NCBI RefSeq assembly: GCF_964204645.1
Contig: NC_134028.1
Location: 4,402,001-4,466,000, forward strand
Direction of reading: 5' to 3'
Origin: Tubulanus polymorphus
Lineage: Eukaryota > Animalia > Nemertea
Length of the DNA stretch: 64,000 nucleotides
Each line of letters begins with the position of its first letter. The first letter of the stretch is position 1. Below the pieces are notes generated by a model, which saw nothing but the letters and a program-made list of their open reading frames with translations, ran no database searches and was not told where the DNA came from. A program made the translations under genes and the position numbers. Below are positions 1-14,930 of the stretch, piece after piece.

Positions 1-3000
1 GTTACTAGCCCGAGGATGATTTAATCATGTAGATATATGCTTACTTGACAAGCGGTTTATCGTCAAAAGTGATGATGCAGCTTTGTGTATTAAGATTAGT
101 CTATATAAGCTTGTGAAATGTGATAAAGATAAAAACCAGTGTGTCATCAATATTTCATGCTACGAAAGAGGCGTGGATGTTCGCTGTCATATAGATCAAA
201 ACACAGCCCGGAGCTCACATACAAATAAATATAAGCACACCATCCTACTGATCATCAGCTATAAAATAGCACATCGCGATCAAGAAACCTCTATCGTTAT
301 TGTTCCGCACGACATTAATCTATTAACAATGATTTCTACCAACTTCGTTTCTCCTGGTGGTTTCTGTGATCAATTACATGTATGCATTAAATATGAACTA
401 GTGGGATGCGTCATATTTGACGCCAGGTTCAAGCAGTAAAATGTCACAGTTCACTGCTGTCTTACGTACAATACGACGCGACTGAGCAACGCGTGTGATC
501 TGGATAAGATCACCGAAAAAGATTTGACAATCTCACGATTAGAAAGATATAATCTATAAGGGTGGTACGGTTTATGGCTATATATCTCCTTCGTGGAACC
601 TCTTATAACGTTTTATCTCTGAGCCGTCGCAAAGATCTAGGGCATGTCATTAAATTAATTAAGGACAAAAGTGGTGCTCATGCATAAGATAAATCTCATT
701 TCCGCTTACAAAATGGGTGTATGGCTTCACGGTGTTTTTGTTGGCACGAATGAACACTTTTATGGCACTTATTCGAGTCACCCGAGAATGTCCCTTGATT
801 CAAGATTTCGGAAACAAAAAATAACTGTTACTTGTTAAGGATTCTATTCTGCACGCATTCGGTTTCCTAAGACCGTCATTTCATAAAGTTGATTTCACCC
901 TTAGACAGGAAGGGGTCCATGGGAAATTGTGATATCCCAGCGGCGTGTGTAGATGTAAACTCGTGATATCGTTGTTATTCAACACGTGGTTGCAGTTCAT
1001 CAATCACAGCACGGAAAACGACTACAGTATATCACTTCACGTAATACGTACTGTCCCCTCAAGAGGCTGTCAGCCGCTCGGAAAAACCGATGTGACTCGC
1101 GTCGACATTACACTGTAGAACTCGGTGATAAAGACACATTGCCTATAACAAACCCCCGCATCCATCAAACAACAGCCAGAAAGATTCGCCTCTGACACAC
1201 GTCACGAAATACGTATCGTATTAATACAAACGTACGGCGTCGTAAAATTAGTTTTTCACAGTGAATAAACTCGACGATAATTAACGTACGTGAGACACAG
1301 CAGAAATAATATAGCAAAATTTGTGTGAGTTTCACGCGACGAACGGCAGCAACAGAACATGACGACAGGTTCTTCTTCGGTCTATACACAGCGTTTCAGT
1401 GCCTTAATATTTTAAGTGTAGAGCCTAGCACACTGGGTCCCTCGTAACCACACGAAATTTAAATGATCGATTACTCATTATATTGTAATGATTGTTTTGC
1501 GTAACGGTTATCAAAAATGAATATTATTAATGTTATCATCATTATTAGGTTGTAAGATCGGTTTAACCGGACTGTCCCGCTACTGGTTGTGTAAGCCTTG
1601 TTGCAGATGTTCAGACATCGGAACGCCAATTAACCAGCTAATCTTCTTATATCTTCATAACTGATATAATTTACGTTATTCAATGAGGGAGAATATTACA
1701 TTAACGGCCGGACATCTCGGCCTTACACAAACACTAATAATCTTCCATCCAATTGTGCGTGTCTTCCTCATCGATTTGTCCTTTTTTACGACCGCGATGA
1801 AAACGGCAATTCGATTCGCTTCCTGCGTTGATTTTATAATCCCTCTAGTTTTTGTCGCTCTCTTGTCTCATCATGAATTCATGTGCATGTTTATTTATAT
1901 ACACGGACAGCAGCGCAATCGGAATAAATACATAACATTGTTAGCATTCATTTAGGATGACGGGGTTGGTTTTCGCTTCCGCCAATGTCAGACGAAAACG
2001 TTTACAAATGTTCCCGCCAAACACCAAGCGATAACATCGCGGAAGTGGTCTTCATTTACATAAAAACATGGCGGCATCCGTGATGCGACACTCATCCGGA
2101 TTGATTTGCAATATGACCAAGTTATCGTGATGGGTGTCACGGCTCGGAGATCCCTAGCGCCGTCACCGCTGTATGCTATAGTGGTCTCGAGTTTTTGTGA
2201 TGCGTAATTTCGTTTCGTTAACAGCTATCCGGGGATGTGAGTAAATGCGACTATAATATTCCCGGCGGTAACAATCGCGTACGCCCGAATATAATGGTGA
2301 ATATTACTAGAGCGAGCGCTGAGAAAAATAATCACACTACATCGTAAAATGATGCATTAGGCAATAGAGGTTGACTGACGACAGTGCAATCTATGACGCG
2401 AGAAGAATTTCACCTACTCGGCATCTCGAAGGACCACGTACTACAGTAATTGTCATGCAACCTCAATTCTCATTCATCGAAATCTACTGCATTTTCTGGG
2501 GAAGAAACGATAATATCGGTTACACAACGGCGATCGATAAACAAATCTGGTAGAACATCGAATCATCTGTGTTGACCGATAAATTATCATACAAAGCCGA
2601 ACATAGTTTTATACAGTGTTATATATCACTTATAACAGGGGTGGATCTAATCTATGGGTTCGGGATCCCAGCCCCTATGCCCTGTTATTAATGGAACTAT
2701 TTTCGTGACGACAGACCTTGACACTCAACCTCTCGGAGAATGCATCTTATCAGATGTACTGGCATTTCTTCAGATTTCTAACACTGGGAGGAATTCCCGC
2801 TTGCATCCTCAGCGTGGCCGCTTTATCCGAGGAATCGTCTTTTCCATTTCCTACTAGACTCCGCGTTCCTATTTCCCTACCCGCCCTTGTTATAGGATAT
2901 ATTGTGTTTGTAACCATTTTACCCAAATCAGCAGTGACAAAGAGAAAATAAAAGGATCTATTATAACCATCCAATTGTACAGAACTATTTTATTCTTTCG

Positions 3001-6000
3001 TGAATTGCAGATTGGATTTGTAATGTTTTTGTTATGCTAGTTTATATAACCTGACATGAAAATTTGCTTTGAATTGGGAGGCTGGGTTTTAACGGCCAGG
3101 CGCGGCAGGCGCGCTGGTGACAATTTGTTCGGTTCTTAGACAGGACTTTACTACGCCAATTAGAGACATCGCTGTAAGTCTTTTCCCGATAATCATGATG
3201 CGTAACGCAAATGAAATTCGGAAAGCCGAGGAGATGAGGCGCTTTCCTTATTCCTTCTCTCAGCAGCAATCGACAGATTTCGTAATTATTCATTCCCTTA
3301 AAACATGAATAGAATAGAAAAAATGCGGAGCGTTCTTATCACTTATAATAATGCGAGGTGGACACCAAACACAGCGCAAAAACAGGTATTATGGATATAT
3401 ATCGAATACGTGTATACAGCTTGTGTTCATAGTATCGACTAAGACATGGAAGCCTGTTGAGGATAATGGCTTGTACCCGTCATATTTAAGTGTCAAATTC
3501 ACTTAATACCAAAATGCCACCAGTCCTGGCGTTTGTAATTGAATACTGATGCTACAGGGAGGGACGGTCGGATCGATACGACGCGTGGATTCAGTAGATT
3601 GAGACAATAACGTCGATATAAATGACCGGCGTAATTGCCACCTCGTGTGCCGCGTATATATCAATTTGCGACGAGGACCAAATCGATCTAGAAAATATTC
3701 TTTTAAAGAAATTATCTCCGATCGTTCGATTAGCTCGATGTACGTTTCGATTCGACGGAAATTAAAGATTTCTAATTAGCCGCAATAATCCCAGCATCAA
3801 TTCTGCTGAGAAGATTTGTATTTCGCCGGTCGTTTCTGACGAGATGATTCGGAAAGTCTGACTTGCGTGGTCGGTTTCTGTTTATGAGCTACTGGGCTCA
3901 AATGAGACACACGCCCGAGTCCTAATCCGTTATTTAAGATTACCCACGTAAATAAAACAAAGACTATAAATTCATCACGTAAAATCTTGATTCATTTTCG
4001 AAAATGAAAGTAAATTGAATTACATTGATTAATATGCAATCTAAAGGTTGCGTGTTATAGGTCGTATCTGGACAGATTCGTGACCTTGGTTTGTACATCA
4101 TTATTGAAGTATTACTAGCTGGATAGACCAATGGAATGGTAGCGAACCGAGTGAAGCAAAACTTGCGTATCGAAGCTGTACATCGAATGGACTTATGTTG
4201 GTACCTGGAATTGTGTTGGTTTAATTATACATTATATTATTATCATTACTATTATTATTATTACTATTGTTATTTTATTTTGTAAATGATTGAATCGACA
4301 GAATTTCGCAGATAATGCGCATTTTATTAGATGCTTGTAATGTATAAACCAAACAGGGGTTCGAGGAAAGATAACACATCGAATTAGGCCATTCTATTCT
4401 AATTTTTCGGTGACATTTACAAAACGCTCATCATTCAATGAAAGAAAACTAATGGCATGAAAAAAACTCTTTAACATTCGCGCGTGTGTCTAGTCTTGTC
4501 GAATTTCCGAGAAAGAATCCCTGCAAGCAGGTGTTTCAAAAATAATCATCGTCGCCAGAACACCATTAAATCAGAACCCCTTTCTACAGAAGCTTTGACA
4601 TTTATCTAAAAGGGTCCACTTGAAAACAGCAGCGTGCTTCGGTGACTGGTTTTGAATTACTCTAATTGATTTTCAACCATCCTTCCTTGCGTAAAACACG
4701 AGATATATTTGCCTCCGGAGAAAATTGGCTTTATTAGAAAGCGGAATGAATTTGGCTTTAGAGGATATAATTGTCTTTTTACTAAGGGATAATTACCGCG
4801 AACCATGTCACTGGCATTAGCGAGACATGGATCTACAGAGGGATAACACTGAAGACCTTGAACTGGTTTACTTTTACTAGTATCAATTTTTGAACCTATC
4901 TAGTGAAAACTGGTCGTTGCCAAACATACTTGTGAAAACATTTTGAACGAATTTCGAATATCAACGGAAGAAATAGATCTTTTCCAAAAATTCTTTTGAG
5001 GTATTTTTGAGAATCTATTGAATTAGTATATCGTGGATTTATGTACTTCAGTATCTACTTTAAACTTTATTTTCTATTATTTTTTTAGTTTTGAATCGCC
5101 ATCTTATTTCATTCTGTTTACAAGCAGATTTTAACAATCGTGATCGTTTGACTTACATATATACACTCAGTTTCACTTAGATTAGAGTTTCGTTTGTGGT
5201 TGCAGTTGTTTTCGAAATAACCGCTGATGCGTTTTCGACGTGTCGGAAATCTATTTGGGAAGTCTGTGTTTTATTGTCACTCCACTATACTCATTGTAGC
5301 AGCCAGGCAAATTATAATAATTGGACTTCATTTCATGATTCGGTGTGGGCGATATGTGATTAAAAACCAGAGCATTAAATTAAATTAGAAAGCGGTGTTG
5401 TCTCACATAATGGAAATCTGCCTCTGCACTTTCCGGTGAATAGGTGTTTGGACTGTATTCATCATACCAATGGAGCCGTTGATTTTAAAATCGATTAGAG
5501 AGATGCTATCATTTGTTATCAGAGTGTCAAATTTGAAATTCTAGTACGACTGAAACTGATCACCACTTTCCATTATACGCTATTCTCGCTGAAAAAAAAA
5601 CAACTAAAAAGCCTCAGGCAAAGTTGCTAAACTCGTTGAAATTTTCTAAACTATTAAGATCATAATGTTTATTGAGCGCAACGTTCAAACATTTGTAAGT
5701 GCTGATAAATATCTACTAGAATGTGATATGTAAAGCCGAAGATTTTGAAAAGAAATGAAAGGATTTTATACGGGGTAATTGATGAGGACAGTCAGAAATG
5801 CTGGTGTCATCCTTATTCTGGACTGTAGCTGATAAACATGGGGTAAACATGATAAATAACCGTTTACTCAGGAAAGAAGGGTATACGAACCAATCCGGTG
5901 ATTAAGCGCGAATACAGTAATCGCTGTCATGAGTCTATATTTGTGCTATGAATTTTGATTAACATCCCAGAGCTTTTAGATTTGTGTTTATTCGCACATC

Positions 6001-6368
6001 TCTATCTATCGCTCGAATTAACACGCGTTTTTTCACTGTAAAATCGTTGTAATTAATCAAATTGCTGCTATGCGCGTATGCAAACGCTGGCGGTTCCTCC
6101 TATCTCGTGGTGAACTGTGAACAAACACCAATGACCTCGAACTTTATTAAAAAACTACACTAATCTTTAAAGTTCAATGTGCTTTTTCCATACAGCGTGT
6201 CCCAGAGAAGATTCGTAAGTTAGAAAATTCAATAACTGAGTGCAATTTTTAGTAATTGTAATCAATTGACTGTTTTCATGTTTTAAAAGTAACTGAATGC
6301 CGCTCAGTCATGCGTCGGGCAAGTACACTGAAAATCAAATCCATAGTTAGTAAACATCGAAATGCTGG

Positions 6369-6500
<132 letters not shown>

Positions 6501-9500
6501 GCTTAATAGCGTATAAGTATTAAGCTTTTCGTTTTAGAAATTTCAGTGTATCATTATGATGATCATTCATGTACATAATTATTGCCGTAGATTTTTTAAG
6601 CTCTCGTATACGCGGTGAAGGCTACGTACAGCAGCGATTAAAGATGACGTCGAAACGCGTATCAGATTACGAGAAGAGAACATGTTTGAGGGCGTTTTCC
6701 GATGACGAATTCGACAAAAATATCCAGAGCACGCGTATGGAATTACATGCTAATAACATCAGAATTCAATAACAGCGGTCCGATATCTTGAAAGACGGGC
6801 ACACGCGCAGAAACGATTTCTCAATCTTTTTCAACATTTCTCATCCGAAAGAGAGATGTAATTATCTACGTATGTATACATATTGATTTGACGAACCGCG
6901 ATGAACTCTGACTTCAAAGCAACATTCTTCAATTTATTCATTCAATAAATGTCGTATTTTATGTTAATCCTACTTGAAAGTTCGTTATCTACAAGTTTCG
7001 CTATTCTGCTGCGCGGTAATCAGTGGCGCATTCACATGAGCGACGAGATGTCGATTCGAAGCCGTTCCGAGCAACGCAACTGAAAAATTCCGCATTTATA
7101 TGCAAGATGCAGAGTCTAAAATTTATAAGTTATATCTTCGTACGAGCCGCTACCTTAGACAGTCCACACTTTTAATCAGCCCGAAGGGGAAACTAGCATG
7201 AAAGTAATTTTCTTCTTATGGAAATCGTTTCTCCGAGACGACGAGCCTATTGCGCGCGGTAATTTTTGTATTTTGTCGTTAAATCGGTTTCCTGCCAACT
7301 GAATCTAGCGAGCATTGTATACGATTACAAAGGTTCTTGTCGAAATGTGGCTATTTTCAATCTAGCACTCGTTCTTTTTATTTCGCAGTTCTATTGATGT
7401 CAGTCATGATTTTCCATTCCGGGTCTTTAAATCACCTCTCACTGATGTAACTGGTAAAATATTGCTAATCTCTCGTTGCGTTCATGTACAAGCGCTTCCT
7501 TTTGTGTTTGACCATTTAACCCAATGCGCCCAGATTCACCTTGCTAAGTAGGTTGCAAAATGATCGCCTTGTAAGTGTTGATCAACATGACCGCCATGCG
7601 ACCTGTCTTTGGAAACAACATTTATTGCTATCGTAGGTTTACGTAACGAGTTTCGTCAATCTTCAAAAGCGCTGAAAACTATAGAAAGCTGTAAAGAAAG
7701 TGTTGAATGTCACCGCAATCCCAGTAGAGTAATCTTAGTTCGCTACAGAATTAACCTTTAACTAACGAGATATCAAAACAGTCCCTCGGTGAGAGATGGA
7801 GCACATAAAAAGCCTGAACAACCTGTGAAAAATCTTTGGAGTCACGAAGAGATGGTTTCAAGCACGGACACCTCTGTATTTTAATATTCGGTTGCGATGA
7901 AGTCGACGCCGTATTTTGACTGCACACTCATCGACCACATCAATATATTTTGGATGTATTCAGAAAAAAATACGATGGAAGTTAATCAATCATTTTTACG
8001 TTCTTCAGAATGTAAATTCGTTTCTTATACGTGTACACATAATTAGCTGTCGTCGCAGTCCGAAACATTTCCGGAAAATTTTCTTAATTGGTGCCGTTTC
8101 ATTGTAGACATAATTCCTTTAATGATGCAGCTGAGAATAAATTCTTCGGCACCCCTGTCCATTTATGAAAAACAGAACTATCAATAAACTACGTCAGCTT
8201 AATGACTTAAGGTCAACGAAGCCATTTGCATGCATTTCTAAGATCCCATCCCGCTATAAATGTCCGAAATTATTTGCCACCGAGGAGAAATTACCATTAG
8301 TAAACTCGATGAATAATGAATAAATGTTAGAAATTCTGCGGCAGTGGACGTTCCTGGAAAATGAACGGAATGATTAGTGGTCTACGTGGTCATCACAAAT
8401 CTAATATTACCGTCCCACACTCAGACATACGTTAAACAACACGGAGCTCTTGTCAACATGTTTTGACTAATTCTTCGTACTTTTTTTCGACAGTCGGAAA
8501 TCATTTACGAGTTTCATTCCGCTGTCAAAAATAGAGGGGAACGACCACACCTGTGACTAAGAATTAACCTATATATCGACTATCTCTTCTCTGGTTCTGT
8601 GGGTTGCATGCGAATGGTCATTGAGTCACCTAGACTAACAGAGAAGGACAATATTTTATGGGCAATCATTTCGACGTAACAATCTGCTTCCTTCCAAGCG
8701 GATTGATGCTTGTTGGCTAATGGAAGTGCCAGGGCGTTATTGGATGACCGCTCTCATGAAATGACTTTGTCGTATGGGAAGTACAGATTTATTTTTATCA
8801 CGCCGGTACGAAATGATAACCGAATTAACATACCAAATATGTATATAGAAAGACAGTGTAAAAAAGCCAGACGGCGTTGTGTGTCGATGTGCATAGATTT
8901 GTATACGTGTATGTGACGTATAGGATATGTGAGGTAGATGCCGTGGTTTATCGCAATAAATCGTAGAACACCAAACTAGTCTTTGGCCAAGAGCTAAGCA
9001 AGTACTACATGTTTGGTTTAATGACGCTTGGTTGGCTAGAATATGTGGGAGTACAGATGACATTAAAGCTAGCTATCTATGGAGAGGTAATAGTGGTTTA
9101 TAAAGTCTCAAAAAGTCGCATTACAACCACCGTATACCCGAATCAACAAAAAGGGACCTCGTCCTAACTCAGGGGTAGATCCAGGCTGCCTCACGTGCGC
9201 GCGAGGCACTCAAAAAATCTGAAACGCTTCTTTTGAAGCAGAAAATTCAAAACGACTTTGAAAACCTTTGAAATGCTTTGTGAGGCAAGATTTCCTGAAT
9301 GAATTTCGAAATACACGATGAATTTTCGGGTTCGGGTTGAGGGTGTACCCTTGTCACCTTTTATAGCATCAACACGCTTGAAACTGGCGAAATAGAGTTG
9401 ATTCCTTTTATTATGATTTTCTTAAGTGCCCCTTTTTCTCCAGTAAGGTAGTCATAATTGAACATGCATTTGCCTCTGAAACTAATGTAGATCTTAAGCT

Positions 9501-10849
9501 TCCCTCAATAGCCCAGATAAGGCCGATATTCGGTTGTCATCATCCTCTATCGTTTAGACAGATTGTGGTAAGACTGAATCCGGTTAACTACGGGATTCTG
9601 ACCACTCGACCTTGAACGAATCACAAGTGGCCTCGTAAGGTAAAGTTTAATCCATTCACTTACACAATCGCGCTGAATTTATAACATACTGCACAGGCAG
9701 CACTGCCGCTAATACTAATACATTATTCAATTAGACTTTCTCCAGTTGCATCAGTATTATGTCGAACAATGGTATTTACATCCATTCGATTTGTCGAATA
9801 CGTGCGCAATATAAACGCCAACGATGTAAACCTATTCATTTGGTCAGTAAGATTTCACGAGAACGACATGCTACAACGACCCGATGTGAAAAATCCATTT
9901 CCGGTATATGTCACAGTCATCCTCGACTTAGCTTCAATTTCAATTCAACATGATTTTGACTTTCATCTTTTGGTTTGGTTCGGTGAATTCATTGGAAAAT
10001 TATCGAAATATCGGCTATAACATTTTATAAATGGTACAAGATGGCAAAATAAATAATACCAAATTACTATTATTTCTACAATTATAACAAATCGATTATA
10101 CGTAGTTATTGCAAACGTTGTACAAATCGATGGAGCTTTGTTTGTATTCGATTTGACTGCGTTTAGATGTATTGGAATGTCGTGCTGGCTCTATTCAGAG
10201 CATGCGTTGACAACCGACTGGATAATCTATGGAATTTTTTAATAAAAGATTTTTTTAGAAGACTCTAAATCAGAACAGATATCGATTTCCGAAAAGTATT
10301 TCAAGCACACAGAAAGCGAAAGAGCCATGTTGCGACATCCGAGATAAGCAAACAAGTAGATGAGTCAACACTAATCCACTTCGCAGCAACTTTCCGAGAC
10401 CTTAATTTGAAAATAATCGTATGTAATAAATGAGAGAACAGAGAATCGAAAGTTCGGTAAACGTGCCGCGATTTGCTGTCGATAAATCATCGCTTCTTTA
10501 AACGAGCTTCCGTATCGTATCGTCTGAAGTAATTCGGGGCACGTGTATTTTGGGATATTTACATAACTCTATCCCGTGGACCCGAACATCTTCGTGATCT
10601 CTTCCAGTATTTACACAGCACGTCTCAAAACATATCTATACTCAAGTCACCTCTTTCTGTCGAGCGCATTTGATAATAATTATATTTACAAGGCGCTATC
10701 GAATGCATAATCCCATCCTATCCTAAGACAAATTCGTTAAACGTATTTTCCATACCGTAATATCTAACAACTAAACGATGTGTCACTCACAATTGAATAT
10801 ATGATGAAATACAAAAATAGAACATTTTCTATAGCAATTCATCGCTTAC

Positions 10850-11250
10850 CTTCATCCAGTCGAATATTTGTTGGTGACGTTTGGGGTTCGGGTTGTTTCG
10901 AACCCTGGTCACTTTCAACCTGGTGATAGTTCCCGTCAGGACGACGTTTGGTGGGCTGCTCCGAACGGCCTGGCCATGATGATAATTCAGCAAAAATACG
11001 ATCTTTAATTGTTTTGTTATTCCAAACGATTCGCATTGTTTTACGTAACGCGGCCCGTCTCGCTTGTTACAGTTTGTGTATCGGACGCCACCGTGAAGCG
11101 ATGAAATTGCGCGCGCTTAATTCGTGTCTCCGGTGCAGAGGGTTCCGGCGACAGTGAAAACGTTCGATGCTGGCGGCGAGGGAGAAGACAACTGATAGAT
11201 ATTCCACCGGATAACACAGATTAGATGTCATCTCTCGGCCCTGGCTGTGC
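10850..11250 (-). other. Probable first exon/promoter of an unidentified gene transcribed leftwards out of the window
   Basis: CpG/GC-rich patch ending on the minus strand in a consensus donor ATGAAG|GTAAGC at 10850/10849. No recognisable coding exon in 1-10849. The 5' limit is a guess. Confidence 0.45.
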
Positions 11251-12189
11251 ATGCCTCCCGAAATTAATTACAAGACAATATATGAAAAGACGATATTTTA
11301 CGAGACAAGACGTTAGTATCACCGCGCTGCATTAGAAACAGCTGTGGTCGGAGATGGATATTTATTGCTTAAATTGGTTCAGTCCTAAGTCAATTTACTT
11401 TCGAATGGCCTTAAAAAAGGTGCACACACCATAACCATTGGCGCGCTAACCATATATTTGCAACTGCCTCAACTCAAAAATGACACAACCCTGATAACTT
11501 TGCATCTTATACCCGCTAGCTCGCAAACTGTAATTAGACATGAAGAACAAACCCCCTGTTTCGCTCCCGGCAGGTGTGGTGGGTCTGTAGGGACACTCAA
11601 TCGAAAAATCAAACGATTTTTACGAGCCAAATAAATAACGGGGACAATCCCTATTTTAAGATCAAAAAGAATGAAAAGGGCTAATAGGCCTAGGCGTTAT
11701 AAACGGCGTTCAACCCCGATACCAGCTACTTTGGTATAATTATTTAGAATTAAGAAAGTAGTTCATTCGATAAAACTGGGGAAGGGACGGAAGCAATGGG
11801 TCTGAGAGGTAAGCATGAATCTGAGTATGGGGAAGAACGAATACAGTGGAGGTGAAAGCGCCTGTCGAATTCTGCACCAGAATTTGCCCAACTTGTATTA
11901 TTCAGGATGCGTATAGAAATAGCCCGAGTTAAAGGGACCGCATTTCACTCTAGTTGCCGAGAAACCTAGGCCCCCGCATACTGGCCACACCCGCCACCCG
12001 TAGTTCTGAATCGTTGAAATCCCGACATCAAGCACTTTATCGTATCGTAATTCGCAACTGTAGAACTTCGTTTCAAAAGTAATTAAAAGGAATGGCTTTC
12101 GTTGGTACGGGAGAATAGACTCGTAGCGGAGAATCTCATTTTCATCCTAGGAAAAATACTTGGAATTCATGTCAAAAATACTTGGAATT

Positions 12190-12595
12190 CATTTGATAAT
12201 TTAAGAACAGATCTGTTGAATAAATTTTATAAACAATATCCTAGCATGTCGAATGTAAATGATAAAGTCAAATTTGTAACTATAATGTCCTCTATAGAAA
12301 TGGCCAAATATTTAGGGAAATACATCGAGAAAGGGTCTAACTCATGAAAAAAAAAACAATCTGAAATCTGAGTGTTACGTCGCAGTATCCATTAATTAAA
12401 CTATCACTGATTCACTTACTGAAAACCTGTCTACATCGTGTATATATGTATATTAAACTGTTATTGTTTTTGTTATCTCTATCTTTAAAATGTTATATTT
12501 TATCCCCCTGTCTTTATTGTACTTAATCTTATAATGTTTAACTACGTTACGGAACAATAAAGAATTAATTGAAATTAATTAATTGAATTGAATTG
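12190..12595 (+). mobile_element. 5'-truncated non-LTR retrotransposon (CR1/L2-like) 3' relic
   Basis: Peptide FDNLRTDLLNKFYKQYPSMSNVNDKVKFVTIMSSIEMAKYLGKYIEK resembles the LINE ORF2 C-terminus. It is followed by an AT-rich UTR, AATAAA and a short (ATTGA)n-type tail. Confidence 0.55.
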
Positions 12596-12656
12596 TCAAC
12601 AAGAGCGCCTGGCGATACTTAGCACTACTCATTCGGTGGAACCAGCATTAACATTA

Positions 12657-12670
12657 GTAACCATAGAGAT
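12657..12670 (+). promoter_or_regulatory. Candidate RFX X-box upstream of the DYDC gene
   Basis: GTAACCATAGAGAT resembles the X-box consensus GTNRCCATRGNAAC. It lies just before a likely non-coding exon (donor GTAAGT near 12744) of a gene from a ciliary family. Confidence 0.4.
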
Positions 12671-12956
12671 ACTAGCGTTAGTGGAGTCTAGGATTCTGAC
12701 ATTTCTCCATTTCTCGACAAATTTTAACTTATAACTCGCAAAAGTAAGTAAAGTAAATATTTCATCTGTACATTTGGCGATCGTTAAATCTTTAAGATTA
12801 ACCTTATATTTGCCTGTGTCGACCGATATGTTTTGACGAATTTTACAAAAACTCCGAAGTAAAAGATCGACCTCTCACTCAACCGGTTCTCTTCTCTCCC
12901 CTCGGCCCAAAATATACCGTCCGACAGTCAGGCCAATTTCTGATATATATTTCAGA

Positions 12957-14291
12957 ATGGATACGCAATATTTGAAGACACACGTCAGTGTATGTTTGGT
13001 GGACTGTTTGGCGGAAGTTGCCGAAAAAAGACCAGCTGACCCAATCGAATACATCGCGCAATGGCTTTATAAATTCAAAGCCAACTTAAAAAGGATGGAA
13101 TTGGTAAATATTGAATATCGAATCAATCGAAACCTTTGCGTCTCTATCTGTGGCTGATATTTCTGTTTCTTGTTTCAGGCAGCTGAAGAGGAGGAGGAAT
13201 TGAAACAACAACGAGAAAACTATCAAAAAGAAAAAGAAATGCTTGAAAATAGGAGACAAGAACAAATACAAATTAAGAAGGAGGAAGAAGAAAGACTTAG
13301 GGTGGGTTTAGATCATTATCAATGTCTCCATACCCATATCTCCACTTGAAATACCTCTCCCTCCTCTGGATACCTCTTTCTCACTGTGAATATCTCTACC
13401 GGAAATACCTCTATCTCTGGAAATACCTCTACCTCCAGTGGAAATACCTCTATCTCTGGAAATACCTCTACCTCCAGTGGAAATACCTCTATCTCTACTG
13501 TGAATACCTCTATCTCTAGTGGAAATACCTCTACCTTCAACCACTGGAAATTCCTCTATCTCTACTGTGAATACCTCTCCCTCCACTGGAAATACCTCTA
13601 CCTCTACTGGAAATACCTCTATCTCTACTGGAAATACCTCTACCTCCACTAGAAATACCTCTACCTTCAGTGGAATAACCTCCATCTCTACTGTAAGTTC
13701 CTCAATCGCTACTTGGAATATCTCTCAATTGTTTGTATCTCGTTTTCAGGAATTAGAAGCTGAAAAAGCTGCAGCCGAAGCTCTCAGTAAAGAATCAACG
13801 ATGCCCGGAGCACCGAATTTACCCCCCGTTCAGGAACGTGACGAACCTGCTCAGTCAGTCGATGAAACCGTGCCACAATCGTCGGACATTGATACAGCTG
13901 GTCCAGTAGAGGGCGCTACTGATATCCCTGTATCTGAGGAACAAACAGAACCCGTAGACACAGAAGATCCGCAGCAAGAGGTTTGTTCTTATTTCTACAG
14001 CGGGACCGCATCAGATAAAACAAACCAATAAATTGTGACCCTAGGCCCTATGAATATTCTTAGATTCTGTAGATCCGCAAATTTTACTCATCATCTCAGA
14101 AACTGCATATTTTTCTACTGGGTTGCTGCTTGTCCTTCATTTCTTGTGGACCCAGTTTTCCTAATTGTCCCTGTAGATCAGTCTGACCCCAAATTTTCTT
14201 GAACTACAAAAAATCATTCTTGTGAACGTCGTATTGATGTGAATCATTTCAGGAAGAAACACAAGAACCTGCAGACGGTGGAGACGAATAA
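12957..14291 (+). CDS. DYDC1: DPY30-domain-containing protein (DYDC1-like, radial-spoke family), 4 coding exons
   Basis: MDTQYLKTHVSVCLVDCLAEVAEKRPADPIEYIAQWLYK is a Dpy-30/RIIa-type motif, followed by an E/K-rich coiled coil and an acidic tail. Exons are about 12957-13103, 13179-13303, 13751-13980 and 14253-14291, all GT-AG and in frame. Confidence 0.88.
13345..13700. repeat. Intronic minisatellite, 18/21-bp unit GGAAATACCTCTA(C/T)CTCTACT
   Basis: Tandem units are directly visible in DYDC intron 2 and explain the repetitive ORFs in several frames. Confidence 0.95.
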
Positions 14292-14930
14292 TTTAATGGT
14301 TTCTTACGATGATGAAAAGAAAAACACGAATGAAAAACTAAATTTATTGTATGTAAAATACATATTTATGCATAAAATTGTTTTTTAAAACACAAAATAA
14401 TATCGATCATCCATCCATACATGAAAGTATTCAAAAATGAGATTTGAATATTAATACAAAGCTTTCCAAAAATGATATCACAAAAACTGTTTTGTTAAGT
14501 TTTTGACAATTCCTGTATTCATTCCTTCTAGTCTCTGATATTAGCTTATGATTAATTACACTGAAGTATTCTTCTTTCCACAGACGGATGAATGTATTGT
14601 ATTTAATGGAAACTTTTTCCACGACATCAATCAAATTATATCAATCAAAACTTATGTATTATCCTGCTTTTAATATAATGACTATTCTTTAATTTATTGT
14701 CAATAAATGAAATGACTAGAAGACTATCAGATAAATCATTAGTTTTTCACTTTCATTTTAACTCAATGCGCCAACTGGTGCAGTGACAGATTTGCTTAAA
14801 ACAATCTTTTATCGGCGTCCATAAAATCATAAATCGCCTGATAGTGACGCCCAATGAGTTTAGCCATGTTCACGCTATGAACGTTCTTTATTTAGTCCAT
14901 TGTAATTCAGAACGAACTAAGCATTCACAC

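Noticed and set aside
2654-3308. Overlapping 60-80-aa ORFs in the left non-coding region
   Set aside because: No recognisable motifs or consistent splice signals; lengths are compatible with chance.
10850-10870. IFDWMK Hox-like hexapeptide just before a splice donor (minus strand)
   Set aside because: That frame has no upstream Met before a stop, and no homeobox exon is visible in the window; probably coincidence.
13308-13750. Repetitive ORFs (VEVEVFP..., GNTSTS..., WKYLYL...)
   Set aside because: Products of an intronic 18/21-bp minisatellite; retaining the intron hits a stop before the array.
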